A DNA stretch of 32,000 bases from Candidatus Saccharimonadota bacterium (GTDB lineage Bacteria > Patescibacteriota > Saccharimonadia > Saccharimonadales > UBA4665). Under the pieces are notes generated by a model, which was given only the letters and a program-made list of their open reading frames with translations, was not told the DNA's origin and made no database searches. Below are positions 7,439 to 16,460 of the stretch, in pieces. The position numbers were made by a program, and so were the translations under genes. The stretch spans positions 540,001 through 572,000 of the forward strand of contig CP065016.1 of the NCBI GenBank assembly GCA_016700375.1, written 5' to 3'. Numbering within the stretch: position 1 is the first letter of the stretch; each line of letters opens with the position of its first letter.

Positions 7439-7693
7439 ATGACGATAGCAAATGTTCACCAGGCAAAGACTAACCTTAGTAAGCTGCTCGACGAGGCAGC
7501 TGACGGGAAAGAGGTCTACATAACCCGACGAGGACGTAAAGGGCCAACTCGTTTCATGCTAGTTGCGGAACAGTGCTCCCCAAAACGACCTAGCCCCTTC
7601 GGGATGCTAGAGGGCAAAATAAAGTTCGCCGACGACTACGATAAAGCTGATGAGCAAATTATGGCTATGTTTGATAAAGACATTACTGAATGA
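7439..7693 (+). CDS. phd: Phd/YefM-family type II antitoxin
   Basis: MTIANVHQAKTNLSKLLDEAADGKEVYITRRGR is the typical Phd/YefM N-terminus. It overlaps the downstream PIN gene by 4 nt (ATGA). Confidence 0.8.
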   Translation: MTIANVHQAKTNLSKLLDEAADGKEVYITRRGRKGPTRFMLVAEQCSPKRPSPFGMLEGKIKFADDYDKADEQIMAMFDKDITE

Positions 7694-8085
7694 AACTGCT
7701 TCTAGATACCAACGTTTTGCTCTGGGCTTTGAGTAATAGTCCTCGCCTAAAGCAAGATGTGAAGGATATAATACTAAACTCCAATATTGGAACAACCGCC
7801 GATGAAGTGATCATTTCGGACATATCACTCATGGAAATAAGTATTAAGGTAAATATTGGCAAGCTAGAGCAATCAATGGACGAACTATTTGATAGCATTA
7901 AGCAGCTAGGTTACCGGAGACTAGCTATATCTGATTCGGCGCTCCGAGAACTGACACTGCTTCCCCTTCTGCACCGAGATCCATTCGACCGAATGATTGT
8001 CGCGCAGGCCAAAGTCGAAAAAGCAACCCTGATAACTGGCGACGAAATTCTGGCAAAGTATGGCATCAAATCTATCATTATTTGA
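7690..8085 (+). CDS. vapC: VapC-family PIN-domain toxin
   Basis: MKLLLDTNVLLW carries the first acidic residue. SLMEI and HRDPFDRMIVAQA...LITGD are typical PIN/VapC motifs. Confidence 0.85.
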   Translation: MKLLLDTNVLLWALSNSPRLKQDVKDIILNSNIGTTADEVIISDISLMEISIKVNIGKLEQSMDELFDSIKQLGYRRLAISDSALRELTLLPLLHRDPFDRMIVAQAKVEKATLITGDEILAKYGIKSIII

Positions 8086-8248
8086 TTGACTCTCTTCGGC
8101 CAAGCGGACGTTACGCGGCGCAACCGTAGATACCGCGCTAATCCACTGGTTGGTCCTGCTGAGAAATGATTGGACATGATAAATCAGACCGTGGATAGTC
8201 AAAACCAAGCACCAGTTTACCAGCCTGCTAACCTAGCTCCTCGTCAGG

Positions 8249-8884
8249 CTATTTTGAGGGCATGGTTGGAACAGTAATACTGGTTATTCCGCCGTTGTCC
8301 ACGGCATTTGCGATGGCTATAGAACAGAAATTGGCTATTGCGCCAGCCTGTACGGCCCGCGGCGAACCCTCGTTACCAATATCGGTTCGTAAACCTGGCA
8401 TTTCTCTTAGACTTCTCTCCATGCCAAGCCATGTTTCATAATCATTAAAACCATCTGGTGATTTGCTAAGCGCGCCACTGAGCAGTGCGGCGCTACATAA
8501 CCCCGCTCTTCCCTGTCGTCCGTATGTGTATGTGCGACCCCTACTTTCGTAGATAGTTGCCTTTAGTATGGTATCTGCCAGAGCCCCACCAAGGGTATAT
8601 TTCACGCCCGGTTGTTTCGATGCATTAATTTCGTTGACAGCAGTGTACTGGTCTAAAACCTGAGGGCTTTCAGTGGTCAAAACCCCGGGCTTACCAGGAA
8701 ACTGTGATGCCACGCAATCTAAAACGGCATGTTTCGCCCCTTCTGGGCCGGCACCGCCTAACGCAGAGTCTACCACATGTTCATACCCAGTATCTGCTAC
8801 TTCTGCCATTTGTTTGCCACCGCAACCTGTTAGCGCAAGTGCCAATCCTACTCCAACCGCTACATCTTTTATACCTCTTCTCAT
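8249..8884 (-). CDS. putative lipoprotein, function unknown
   Basis: From ATG 8884 the protein starts MRRGIKDVAVGVGLALALTGCGGKQ, a signal peptide plus lipobox L-T-G-C. AAGGAG lies 6 nt upstream. The track's longer ORF (to 8920) is probably over-extended. Confidence 0.7.
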   Translation of the reverse strand: MRRGIKDVAVGVGLALALTGCGGKQMAEVADTGYEHVVDSALGGAGPEGAKHAVLDCVASQFPGKPGVLTTESPQVLDQYTAVNEINASKQPGVKYTLGGALADTILKATIYESRGRTYTYGRQGRAGLCSAALLSGALSKSPDGFNDYETWLGMERSLREMPGLRTDIGNEGSPRAVQAGAIANFCSIAIANAVDNGGITSITVPTMPSK

Positions 8885-8912
8885 CGTTCTCTCCTTATGT
8901 ATTAATATACTG

Positions 8913-9347
8913 TTATTCAATTTCTAGTGACCGCTCGATCGCCCACCCTACCACAGCTCGACATGCAAGATCAGGTTGCCAGCCAGCACAATCCATAGCC
9001 GCAACACCAAGCTTGTGTTCAGGTGGTAATAGCGCTTTTATGGCATCGGGTATTTCGTCGCGAAAATCTAAATAGGCGCTTTCCCGCAATGATCCCGGCT
9101 TATACCCCTTAGCTGTGTCAAGCAGCCCCTTCACAACGTGGCGAGCCATGTCTAAGAAGTGCAGATCGGGATTTGGCTGCAGATCCCGATCTTGCAACTG
9201 GGTAAGCAGCTCTTTGCCCAACTTAAAGGTTGTGTAATCGGTGGGCGGATACCCAACCCCTAGAACACTCTGAAATGCTCTCTTAAGCGAGCCATCCATT
9301 ACATACGGCGGCGGCCAAGCAAGATTACCAGTATCTCCGTGCGACAT
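8913..9347 (-). CDS. hypothetical protein, 144 aa
   Basis: ATG-initiated ORF ending 28 nt upstream of the lipoprotein start on the same strand, so probably co-transcribed. No motif recognised. Confidence 0.55.
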   Translation of the reverse strand: MSHGDTGNLAWPPPYVMDGSLKRAFQSVLGVGYPPTDYTTFKLGKELLTQLQDRDLQPNPDLHFLDMARHVVKGLLDTAKGYKPGSLRESAYLDFRDEIPDAIKALLPPEHKLGVAAMDCAGWQPDLACRAVVGWAIERSLEIE

Positions 9348-9562
9348 TATTTTCTCCCTTTAACCATGCCTTTTATCTCGGCATATTCATTTTCATAATT
9401 TAGTGACTAATAATTGGTTATTTTTTGGTTTGATTGTATAATACTAAAAATACGTTTTTCTGTCAATAGTATACAATTTGCGAAAGAATTTTATCTGTTA
9501 CTGTTGCATATAATTGTCAAAATGATATTTACAATAATTATTTCGTGTATTAAAATTTTTTC
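9348..9562. promoter_or_regulatory. AT-rich divergent promoter region between the 144-aa gene and the TrmB-like gene
   Basis: Plus strand has TTGGTT (9414-9419), a 17-nt spacer, then TGTATAAT (9435-9442, extended -10). A second TATAAT lies at 9509-9514. Confidence 0.35.
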
Positions 9563-10327
9563 ATGGACAACGTCATACAAACACTCAGACACGCCGGGCT
9601 TACCGAAGCACAGGCAAAGACATATTTTGCACTATTGCAACAAGGCCCGTGCGAGCCCGTTCAGCTCGCCGAAAGCACCGGAGAATCACGCACGAATACG
9701 TACATGCTCTGCGAGAGGCTGATGGCACTTGGTTTGGTCGTAAAGATTGATGGCAAAAAAACCACCTACGAAGCTATCCACCCCTCTGCCTTAGAGACAC
9801 TGGTGGAAAAGCGGCGAAAGCAAGTTCAAAAAAGCGAAAAACTTGTACACGAAAACGTGGCAGAACTTATCGACACCTTCTTTAAAACACGCAATACCCC
9901 AGGAGTTGTAACCCGTTTCGGGCGCGAAGGCATAGCTGCCGTATATGATGAAATCATAGAATGTGGTCAAGATCAGCAATATTTACAATCGCCAGACGAC
10001 AGCGCTTACATGGGTGAAGAATTTTACAAAGATTTTGGCGTCAAAAAACGCAGTCGGGGCATACAATCTAGAGTCATTTCGGTAGCAGATGCAAAAACGC
10101 GCTCTGCCCATCCAAAAGAACGAGAACTCATGGAAGGCATAGCTGAGAGAACGTGGCTGATACCAGGTTCGTATACTGCCCCCGTAGAGTGGGTCGTCCA
10201 AGAAAACAAAGTGACAATCATTACCTTCAAGGAACAGCCTATAACACTCACAATTCATAGCGAGCAGATAGCCGATTCGGTTCGCCAACTATTTGACCTG
10301 GTCAGAAAAAACCGCACGACTGTTTAG
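9563..10327 (+). CDS. TrmB-like winged-helix transcriptional regulator
   Basis: The N-terminus LTEAQAKTYFALLQQGPCEPVQLAESTGESRTNTYMLCERLMALGLVVK matches the TrmB-type wHTH pattern. A C-terminal domain of about 170 aa follows. Confidence 0.65.
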   Translation: MDNVIQTLRHAGLTEAQAKTYFALLQQGPCEPVQLAESTGESRTNTYMLCERLMALGLVVKIDGKKTTYEAIHPSALETLVEKRRKQVQKSEKLVHENVAELIDTFFKTRNTPGVVTRFGREGIAAVYDEIIECGQDQQYLQSPDDSAYMGEEFYKDFGVKKRSRGIQSRVISVADAKTRSAHPKERELMEGIAERTWLIPGSYTAPVEWVVQENKVTIITFKEQPITLTIHSEQIADSVRQLFDLVRKNRTTV

Positions 10328-10347
10328 AATACTGGTATAGTAGCCGC

Positions 10348-11172
10348 ATGGCGGTAAGCATTGATCGGTTTTTACGTGAGGCAACTAACCAGTTGCATAT
10401 GTGTGGCATCGAGACCGCGCGGCTCGACTCGTTGGTGCTGCTAAGCGATGAACTTGGGCACGATAAAGCATGGGTTTTAGCGCACTCCGAGTACTGTATA
10501 CAGGGGTCGGTCTTAAAAAAATTGAATATAAAAATTGCTCAAAGGAGTAAGCATATACCTCTTGCCTACATTCGCGGGAAAAGTGAATTTTATGGCCGTG
10601 AGTTTATGGTGAATAAACATGTGCTTGTACCCCGTCCCGAATCTGAAAGCATGATTGACTTACTAAAACGATTCGTGGGCCCAGACTCACGAACCACAAT
10701 TATCGATGTCGGTACTGGTAGCGGATGTCTTGCTATAACGGCCAGGTTAGAGCTGGCAAACAGTACGGTCGTAGCACTCGATAGTAGCCATGAATGCTTA
10801 CGTGTCGCAAAACAAAATGCAACGAAACTAGTCGCAGATATCACATTCCTTGAGAGTGACTTACTAAACAGTATGCAAGATTCAAGCTTCAAGATTCAAG
10901 ATTCAATTCTCCTCGCCAACCTACCATACGTTCCAAATGATTACCCGATTAACAATGCTGCCACCCATGAACCAACCCTTGCCCTATTTGGAGGCAGTGA
11001 TGGACTAGAACTTTTCCGCAGACTTTTCTCGGAAGTAAAAGGGCTAGGAGCTAGGTGCATTGTTACCGAGTCACTTACCGAACAACACGCCCAGCTTGCA
11101 CAAATTGCCAGAAATAATTCGTTTAGGCTAACCGCTTCGGATGGTCTTGCCCAGCTGTTTCTAGCCGACTAA
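10348..11172 (+). CDS. prmC: release-factor glutamine N5-methyltransferase
   Basis: SAM motif IIDVGTGSGCLAI and catalytic LANLPYVP (an NPPY variant). The N-terminal HemK-type helical domain is present. Confidence 0.88.
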   Translation: MAVSIDRFLREATNQLHMCGIETARLDSLVLLSDELGHDKAWVLAHSEYCIQGSVLKKLNIKIAQRSKHIPLAYIRGKSEFYGREFMVNKHVLVPRPESESMIDLLKRFVGPDSRTTIIDVGTGSGCLAITARLELANSTVVALDSSHECLRVAKQNATKLVADITFLESDLLNSMQDSSFKIQDSILLANLPYVPNDYPINNAATHEPTLALFGGSDGLELFRRLFSEVKGLGARCIVTESLTEQHAQLAQIARNNSFRLTASDGLAQLFLAD

Positions 11173-12368
11173 CTTACCGGTGCAACACCAAGCTTCACAT
11201 TCACTGTTTTGGTGCTACTACCACGTACAATAGTAAGTTCTACGTTGTCACCGGCTTTATGCTTACTCAAAACAGAGAGCAGGCTAGATTTTTCATTAAT
11301 CGCAACGCCGTCTATTTTTGTGATGATGTCGCCCTCCTGTATATCTGCGTCTGCAGCTGGACCATCTTTTAGAATAGTCTCACTGCCCATATCTTCTGCC
11401 TTAGGAATATAAGCTCCTCGGTTGACGCTAAGATTATACTCTTTTGCAATATCATCAGTAAGCATCACATAGACAACACCAAGGTATGGTCGCTCTAGCT
11501 TGCCACTTTTCTTCACATTGTCTATGAGGCCCTTCACATTGTTGATAGGAATAGCAAACCCAACCGTTTGGGCATCACTGGCAATTGCTGTATTTATCCC
11601 TATTACTTCACCATTCATATTTACCAGCGGTCCACCCGAATTACCTTGGTTTATCGCCGCATCGGTCTGAAACATATCGTCAAGATTTTCTGCCCCGCCA
11701 CCAGACTCATCTCCTGCAACCAGGCTTCTCCCGTAGCCCGAAATAATGCCGCTCGTCACCGTGTTCTGGAACTGACCAAGCGTATTGCCAATCGCCACAA
11801 CTGCGTCGCCAACCTGCATCTTACTTGAGTCGCCAAGTTTGGCAGCAACGAGCTTCTTCCCTTCATCATTTTCAACCTTTAGAAATGCGATATCAAGGGT
11901 ATCGCGCGTGTTGGTCCGCGCAATAACCTTTACCTTTTCTAGCACCGTACCATCGCTCAGCGTAACGCTGACATCGGTCGTACCCGCTGGAACTACGTGT
12001 CGGTTTGTCAGTATGAGCCCGTCGGAGCTAAGTATTACACCGGTACCAGCACTTTCTTGCGTATATGGACCATAACCAAACCCAAAAAAACCTCCATAGG
12101 TTGAACCCGTCGACTGCGAGGTAACATTAACAGAAACGACACTTTCGCCAACCGTTTCGGCAATGGAGCTGACGAGGTTTGCCGTACTTGTCACGACTTT
12201 CTTTTGTTCTGCAATAGCACGCGTATCGCTGTCGTTACCATAGCTTGCTGCGCCCAACCACCCACCGCCAAAGCTAACTGCTAAGATAATAAGCCCTATC
12301 AGTATTCTGCTGAGGACACTCGCCTTTTTACTGTCTCTGTCGGCTTGCATTATTTGATCTCTATCCAT
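11169..12368 (-). CDS. htrA: HtrA/DegP-family serine protease with C-terminal PDZ domain and N-terminal membrane anchor
   Basis: Catalytic triad contexts are TNRHVV (His), DIAFLKV (Asp) and GNSGGPLVN (Ser). A PDZ-like IQEGDIITKIDGVAIN is present, and the TM segment is ILIGLIILAVSFGGGWLGA. ATG 12368 with GGGGGG RBS is preferred over TTG 12386. Confidence 0.92.
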   Translation of the reverse strand: MDRDQIMQADRDSKKASVLSRILIGLIILAVSFGGGWLGAASYGNDSDTRAIAEQKKVVTSTANLVSSIAETVGESVVSVNVTSQSTGSTYGGFFGFGYGPYTQESAGTGVILSSDGLILTNRHVVPAGTTDVSVTLSDGTVLEKVKVIARTNTRDTLDIAFLKVENDEGKKLVAAKLGDSSKMQVGDAVVAIGNTLGQFQNTVTSGIISGYGRSLVAGDESGGGAENLDDMFQTDAAINQGNSGGPLVNMNGEVIGINTAIASDAQTVGFAIPINNVKGLIDNVKKSGKLERPYLGVVYVMLTDDIAKEYNLSVNRGAYIPKAEDMGSETILKDGPAADADIQEGDIITKIDGVAINEKSSLLSVLSKHKAGDNVELTIVRGSSTKTVNVKLGVAPVS

Positions 12369-12408
12369 ACACCCCCCTTGTAACAATTTTTCCTGAAACT
12401 ATGCTGAA

Positions 12409-13161
12409 TTAGATAGTTTTATCACCCCAATCCGAAAAAGCAATAATTACGAGAAGTACCGTAATAAGTATAAATAAAACTTCTCTACGAACCAGCTTCG
12501 ACAGTTTATCGAAGTGGTCTAAGTAATACAAAGTCCCAATACTAAATGCCATAGCCGAAAGTATAAGGGTTGGCTGTGCAACCACCCCATAGTAGTACAC
12601 GAGCCAGTGGCCTAAAATCCATGTAAGCGCCGCTCCAAAATATGCCCATATGTAGGCAAGGAGCCGAATATGCGTTTCTTCGAAGCTATAGAAAAAGTGG
12701 TGAGCGGCAAAAAAGCAAATAAAACCAACCGCCGCTATTAATCCCATAAGGGATATATAGTCCCACGCCGAAAAAACTGCCATCAGGCCGACGACTTGGC
12801 CAAATAACGCCTGCAAAGAAACCCAAAACACGTCATGCTTCGGCTTTACAAAAACAAGCCATAGCACCCACGCACTCACATAAACAGCCTGCAACCACAT
12901 CGTGTCAGTACCGTCCATAAGCGCTAGCGCCGAAAGCCCCACAATGATATCGATGGCATTTGTTCGAATGTTTGCAAGCCAAAAACGCGGTCGAACTGCA
13001 AACATACGCCATTTGCTGAGCAATATTACTACAAGAGCAACCTGCTCAAACCCGGAACGTACCAACGCAAATACTATAATCGGAAGCAGAACATTGAGCA
13101 GCAGATAAACCGCGTGAGAAAAACCCTTACTGGGCTTCAGTTTTGTAATTAGTGGCCTCAT
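12409..13161 (-). CDS. polytopic integral membrane protein (about 7-8 TM), function unknown
   Basis: Highly hydrophobic 250-aa ORF. It overlaps the LCP gene stop by 4 nt and ends 22 nt before the htrA RBS, so it is probably in the same operon. Confidence 0.75.
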   Translation of the reverse strand: MRPLITKLKPSKGFSHAVYLLLNVLLPIIVFALVRSGFEQVALVVILLSKWRMFAVRPRFWLANIRTNAIDIIVGLSALALMDGTDTMWLQAVYVSAWVLWLVFVKPKHDVFWVSLQALFGQVVGLMAVFSAWDYISLMGLIAAVGFICFFAAHHFFYSFEETHIRLLAYIWAYFGAALTWILGHWLVYYYGVVAQPTLILSAMAFSIGTLYYLDHFDKLSKLVRREVLFILITVLLVIIAFSDWGDKTI

Positions 13162-14753
13162 GTACCTATTATTATAGCAAACTGCACACCAACCGGAACG
13201 TTTACGCCTTGAGGTAATTCGTCAACAGCAGCAATACCATATCTATCCTGTAGGTAATGCTGAGTGTATGGCTTTGCGCCATCAGTTAAGTCGACAATCG
13301 TTGTCCCGACGGGTATGCCTTGAGTAGTTGTGGAGCCAGATACAGCATACCCATACCCGCTCAACATATCGGTTGTAGACATACGAAGCTTCTCCGAGGC
13401 GGCAACAATATACACATTTGCCCGTTCTTTCACAAGATACCCGTCTTGAAGCTGCGAGCGAACATATGACTGAATATCACTATATGTGTCAAAACCCGCT
13501 TTAGGCCTCACGACAGAGCTGTCGCCAACCCGGTCTGTTGTAACAAGATTATTCGGCGATGTTAAGCTCAACGATGCAATTTCACTGTCCTCTATGCCTC
13601 GCATAATTGACACAAGGCGGTTCGCTGCTTGGGGGCTTAGGTCTGTACGGACGTTATCACCGAACGCATTTAACAAACCATCTATCTTTGCAGGGCTACT
13701 CAACGTACCCATTGTAAGCACCTTCTGCTTGAGTGCGATTAACAGCTGTCGCTGTCTTTCTGAGCGTGCGAAATCTGAACTAGTTTCACGAGACCTAGCA
13801 TACATTAGTGCTCGTTTCCCACCCATATTTTGAATACCTTGTGGCGCAAGAACCGGGTTATTTGTATTCTCCCAAGCCATGGTTGGGTCATAGAGCTGCT
13901 CTTTTACATCAAGCGTGACTCCACCAACCGTGTCCACCGCTTGCTCAAATGCCTGAAAGTCGACAAGCACATGATAGTTGATATTAATGCCCAAGACCCC
14001 GCTAACTGCCTCGCTTACCGACGCAAAACCTGCCTCTACCGCTTGCTGGTTATTATTTGACATGTCATTTTTTCCGAGGTATTTGTATTTTCCACTACTG
14101 TAGGCGGCGTTGATTTTCTGGTATGAACCAAAATAGTTAACCGGCATTTTTACCCATAAGTCACGGGGCACGCTGAGCATTGCAGCTTTATTATTTACGG
14201 GGTCAACACTGAGCACCATGAGCGTGTCCGTCAGGTCACCACCGGGGTGATTCTTGCCACCAACACCCATCATTAGTATATTTACTCGCCCGTCACCCTC
14301 ACCGCTAAGCAGTTCTGGCGCAACTTTTTCTGCACTTAGGGCTGCAACCGTGTTCGTACCTTGAAAAACACGATGCAAGTTGGTATATCCTCGCCAAAAA
14401 AGCACCCCACCAAAAACAATAGTCAGGCTGGCGCTAACTGCTGAAAACTGCAATAGACGTCGCCGCCATTGGGTTTTCTTGCGAACGAGTTTCAGGGGGC
14501 GTACCGGGGCAACGTAGCGAGGCAAATCAAAATGTTGCATTGTATTTGATTCCTCCTGAAAAACTCCTTCAAATATGGGTTTTTGCGTCGAAGTTGCCTT
14601 CTTGGAAGTAGCAGGGAGTGGTAATTGCACCTTATCGACTGTAATGGAAGGCATGGCCTCATATTCAGGCGCCGCGTAGTTACGCCGTACCCCAATAAAC
14701 CCATCTAGGTTGGCACGGGAAATACTATCTTTTTGATGTCTCTTTGTATTCAT
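13158..14753 (-). CDS. LytR-CpsA-Psr (LCP) family cell-envelope phosphotransferase
   Basis: RVNILMMGVGG...DLTDTLMVLSVDP...AMLSVPRDLWV...INAAY is the LCP core. A single N-terminal TM segment (LLQFSAVSASLTIVFGGVLFW) is present. ATG 14753 (MNTKRHQKD) is preferred, because the track's 14876 start would overlap lepB. Confidence 0.88.
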   Translation of the reverse strand: MNTKRHQKDSISRANLDGFIGVRRNYAAPEYEAMPSITVDKVQLPLPATSKKATSTQKPIFEGVFQEESNTMQHFDLPRYVAPVRPLKLVRKKTQWRRRLLQFSAVSASLTIVFGGVLFWRGYTNLHRVFQGTNTVAALSAEKVAPELLSGEGDGRVNILMMGVGGKNHPGGDLTDTLMVLSVDPVNNKAAMLSVPRDLWVKMPVNYFGSYQKINAAYSSGKYKYLGKNDMSNNNQQAVEAGFASVSEAVSGVLGININYHVLVDFQAFEQAVDTVGGVTLDVKEQLYDPTMAWENTNNPVLAPQGIQNMGGKRALMYARSRETSSDFARSERQRQLLIALKQKVLTMGTLSSPAKIDGLLNAFGDNVRTDLSPQAANRLVSIMRGIEDSEIASLSLTSPNNLVTTDRVGDSSVVRPKAGFDTYSDIQSYVRSQLQDGYLVKERANVYIVAASEKLRMSTTDMLSGYGYAVSGSTTTQGIPVGTTIVDLTDGAKPYTQHYLQDRYGIAAVDELPQGVNVPVGVQFAIIIGT

Positions 14754-14854
14754 AGGTCGGTAACACATAATTATACCGGTAATGCTTTTGCCAGTAAACC
14801 CTTGTTGTTGACAAATTTTGCGCAAATCCGGTAGTGCAGTATAGTTAATACAAC
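14754..14854. promoter_or_regulatory. divergent LCP / lepB promoter region; both mRNAs with very short or no leader
   Basis: Minus strand has TTTACT, a 17-nt spacer, then TATAAT (plus 14770-14775), about 16 nt before ATG 14753. Plus strand has TTGCGC (14818-14823), a 16-nt spacer, then TATAGT (14840-14845), 9 nt before the lepB ATG 14855. No SD is seen for either gene. Confidence 0.4.
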
Positions 14855-15502
14855 ATGGACCAACAGGACTCACCAATTACATCAGTTGACTCATCGGATG
14901 CTTCCGGCTCAAATGAATCAAACGGTCTACGAGGTATTATTTCCACGGTAGGTATTCTGCTTCTCGCACCAATTATCGCAATCCTGCTAACACTATTTGT
15001 CTTCCAGTCATACCAAGTAGACGGCCCAAGCATGGAACCAACCCTACAAAATAATGACCGCCTGATTGTCTGGAAACTTGGTCGCACATGGTCAAAAATT
15101 ACTGGCCACCAGTACGTCCCTAACAGGGGTGATATTATCATATTAAACGAGTCCGGACTGGCAAGTTTTGGCAGCGGCAGTGACGAAAAACAGCTTGTGA
15201 AGCGTGTTATCGGCCTTCCCGGTGACCATGTCGTCATAAAGAACAATGTAGTTACGGTATACAATACAGAGCATCCTCAAGGGTTTCAGCCAGATGTATC
15301 CTTACCATATGGCAGCAAAACCGCCATACCCCCTACAACAGACGATGTTGAAGTAACACTTTCAGATACCGAGTTATTCGTGTGTGGAGATAACCGACCC
15401 CAGTCACTCGATTCAAGACGCTTTGGACCGATTCAAACAAGCCAAGTTGTTGGCAAACTTGTTGCCAGAATACTTCCCCTGAACGCCATAGAAAAATACT
15501 AA
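14855..15502 (+). CDS. lepB: signal peptidase I
   Basis: GPSMEPTL carries the catalytic Ser and KRVIGLPGD the catalytic Lys. GDNRPQSLDSRRFG is present, and there is an N-terminal TM anchor. Confidence 0.93.
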   Translation: MDQQDSPITSVDSSDASGSNESNGLRGIISTVGILLLAPIIAILLTLFVFQSYQVDGPSMEPTLQNNDRLIVWKLGRTWSKITGHQYVPNRGDIIILNESGLASFGSGSDEKQLVKRVIGLPGDHVVIKNNVVTVYNTEHPQGFQPDVSLPYGSKTAIPPTTDDVEVTLSDTELFVCGDNRPQSLDSRRFGPIQTSQVVGKLVARILPLNAIEKY

Positions 15503-15518
15503 GGTGATTTTGTTAGGT

Positions 15519-16382
15519 CTATGATACAGATAGCTCGTTAATAAGGCGGCTTAGGTCTTCGTCCGAACTGAAGTACAGCTCAAGACGTCCACCTTTTGCA
15601 GTTCGGTATATTTTGACCGGTGTTTTGTATCGCCTACTAAGTGAAGCTGTCTCTTTATTCTCAACCCCGACCGCTCGACGAGTACTACTCTCGTTGTTTT
15701 TACCTGACTTAAGCGAATTTACAAAACGCTCAGCCTGTCGCACATTCAAGTGCTGAGTCGTAATCAGCCTAAGGAGTTCTTCTTGTTTTTCAGCTTGCCC
15801 TTTCAGTGCAAGAATTTGCCGCGCATGCCCTTCACTAATTGCTCCCGACTGAAGAGCCTTTTTTGCTGCTATCGGCAGCTGTAACAAACGAATTGTGTTG
15901 CTGATGGTTGGCTCTGATTTTCCGAGACGCTTGGCGATCTCGCTATACGCCAGATTAAACTGCTGATGTAAGCGTTCAATCGATACCGCTTGTTCAAGCG
16001 CATCCAGGTCAACCCGCTGGACATTTTCTATAAGTGCCACTTCAAGCTGTTCCTGTTGTTGCATACTTCTGACGATAACCGGTACGGTTTTAAGTCTAGC
16101 CCGCCGTGCAGCGCGCCACCTTCGTTCGCCAGCTATGATCTCATAGCCGTCTCCTACTTCGGTCACCACAAGCGGCTGGACGATCCCATGTCGTTTTATG
16201 CTCGCCGCAAGTTCATCGAGCGCAAGCTCGTCGAAGGTCGTCCGCGGCTGTTGTGGATTTGGCGCGAGCTTTTCGGGCGATACTTGCAATACACGCTCTC
16301 CCGCCTCAAGCAATACTTCCGTGTCGAAATCTTGCGGTATAAGCGCTCCGAGTCCCTGTCCTAACCCCGATTTAACACTCAT
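15519..16382 (-). CDS. parB: chromosome partitioning protein ParB/Spo0J
   Basis: GLGQGLGALIP, GIVQPLVV, IIAGERRWRAA (ParB box) and the HTH EIAKRLGKSEPTISNTIRLL. Confidence 0.95.
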   Translation of the reverse strand: MSVKSGLGQGLGALIPQDFDTEVLLEAGERVLQVSPEKLAPNPQQPRTTFDELALDELAASIKRHGIVQPLVVTEVGDGYEIIAGERRWRAARRARLKTVPVIVRSMQQQEQLEVALIENVQRVDLDALEQAVSIERLHQQFNLAYSEIAKRLGKSEPTISNTIRLLQLPIAAKKALQSGAISEGHARQILALKGQAEKQEELLRLITTQHLNVRQAERFVNSLKSGKNNESSTRRAVGVENKETASLSRRYKTPVKIYRTAKGGRLELYFSSDEDLSRLINELSVS

Positions 16383-16460
16383 AGCACTTGCCCCCTAAAG
16401 TCGCGAAACTGTTGGTAGCTCTGCAAAGCCCAATTCTTATGAGCTTTCACCGGAAAATTA

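Noticed and set aside
9414-9722. 102-aa + strand ORF overlapping the start of the TrmB-like gene
   Set aside because: It starts in a roughly 75% AT promoter region, has an Ile/Phe/Lys-rich translation and runs out of frame over a well-supported wHTH coding sequence.
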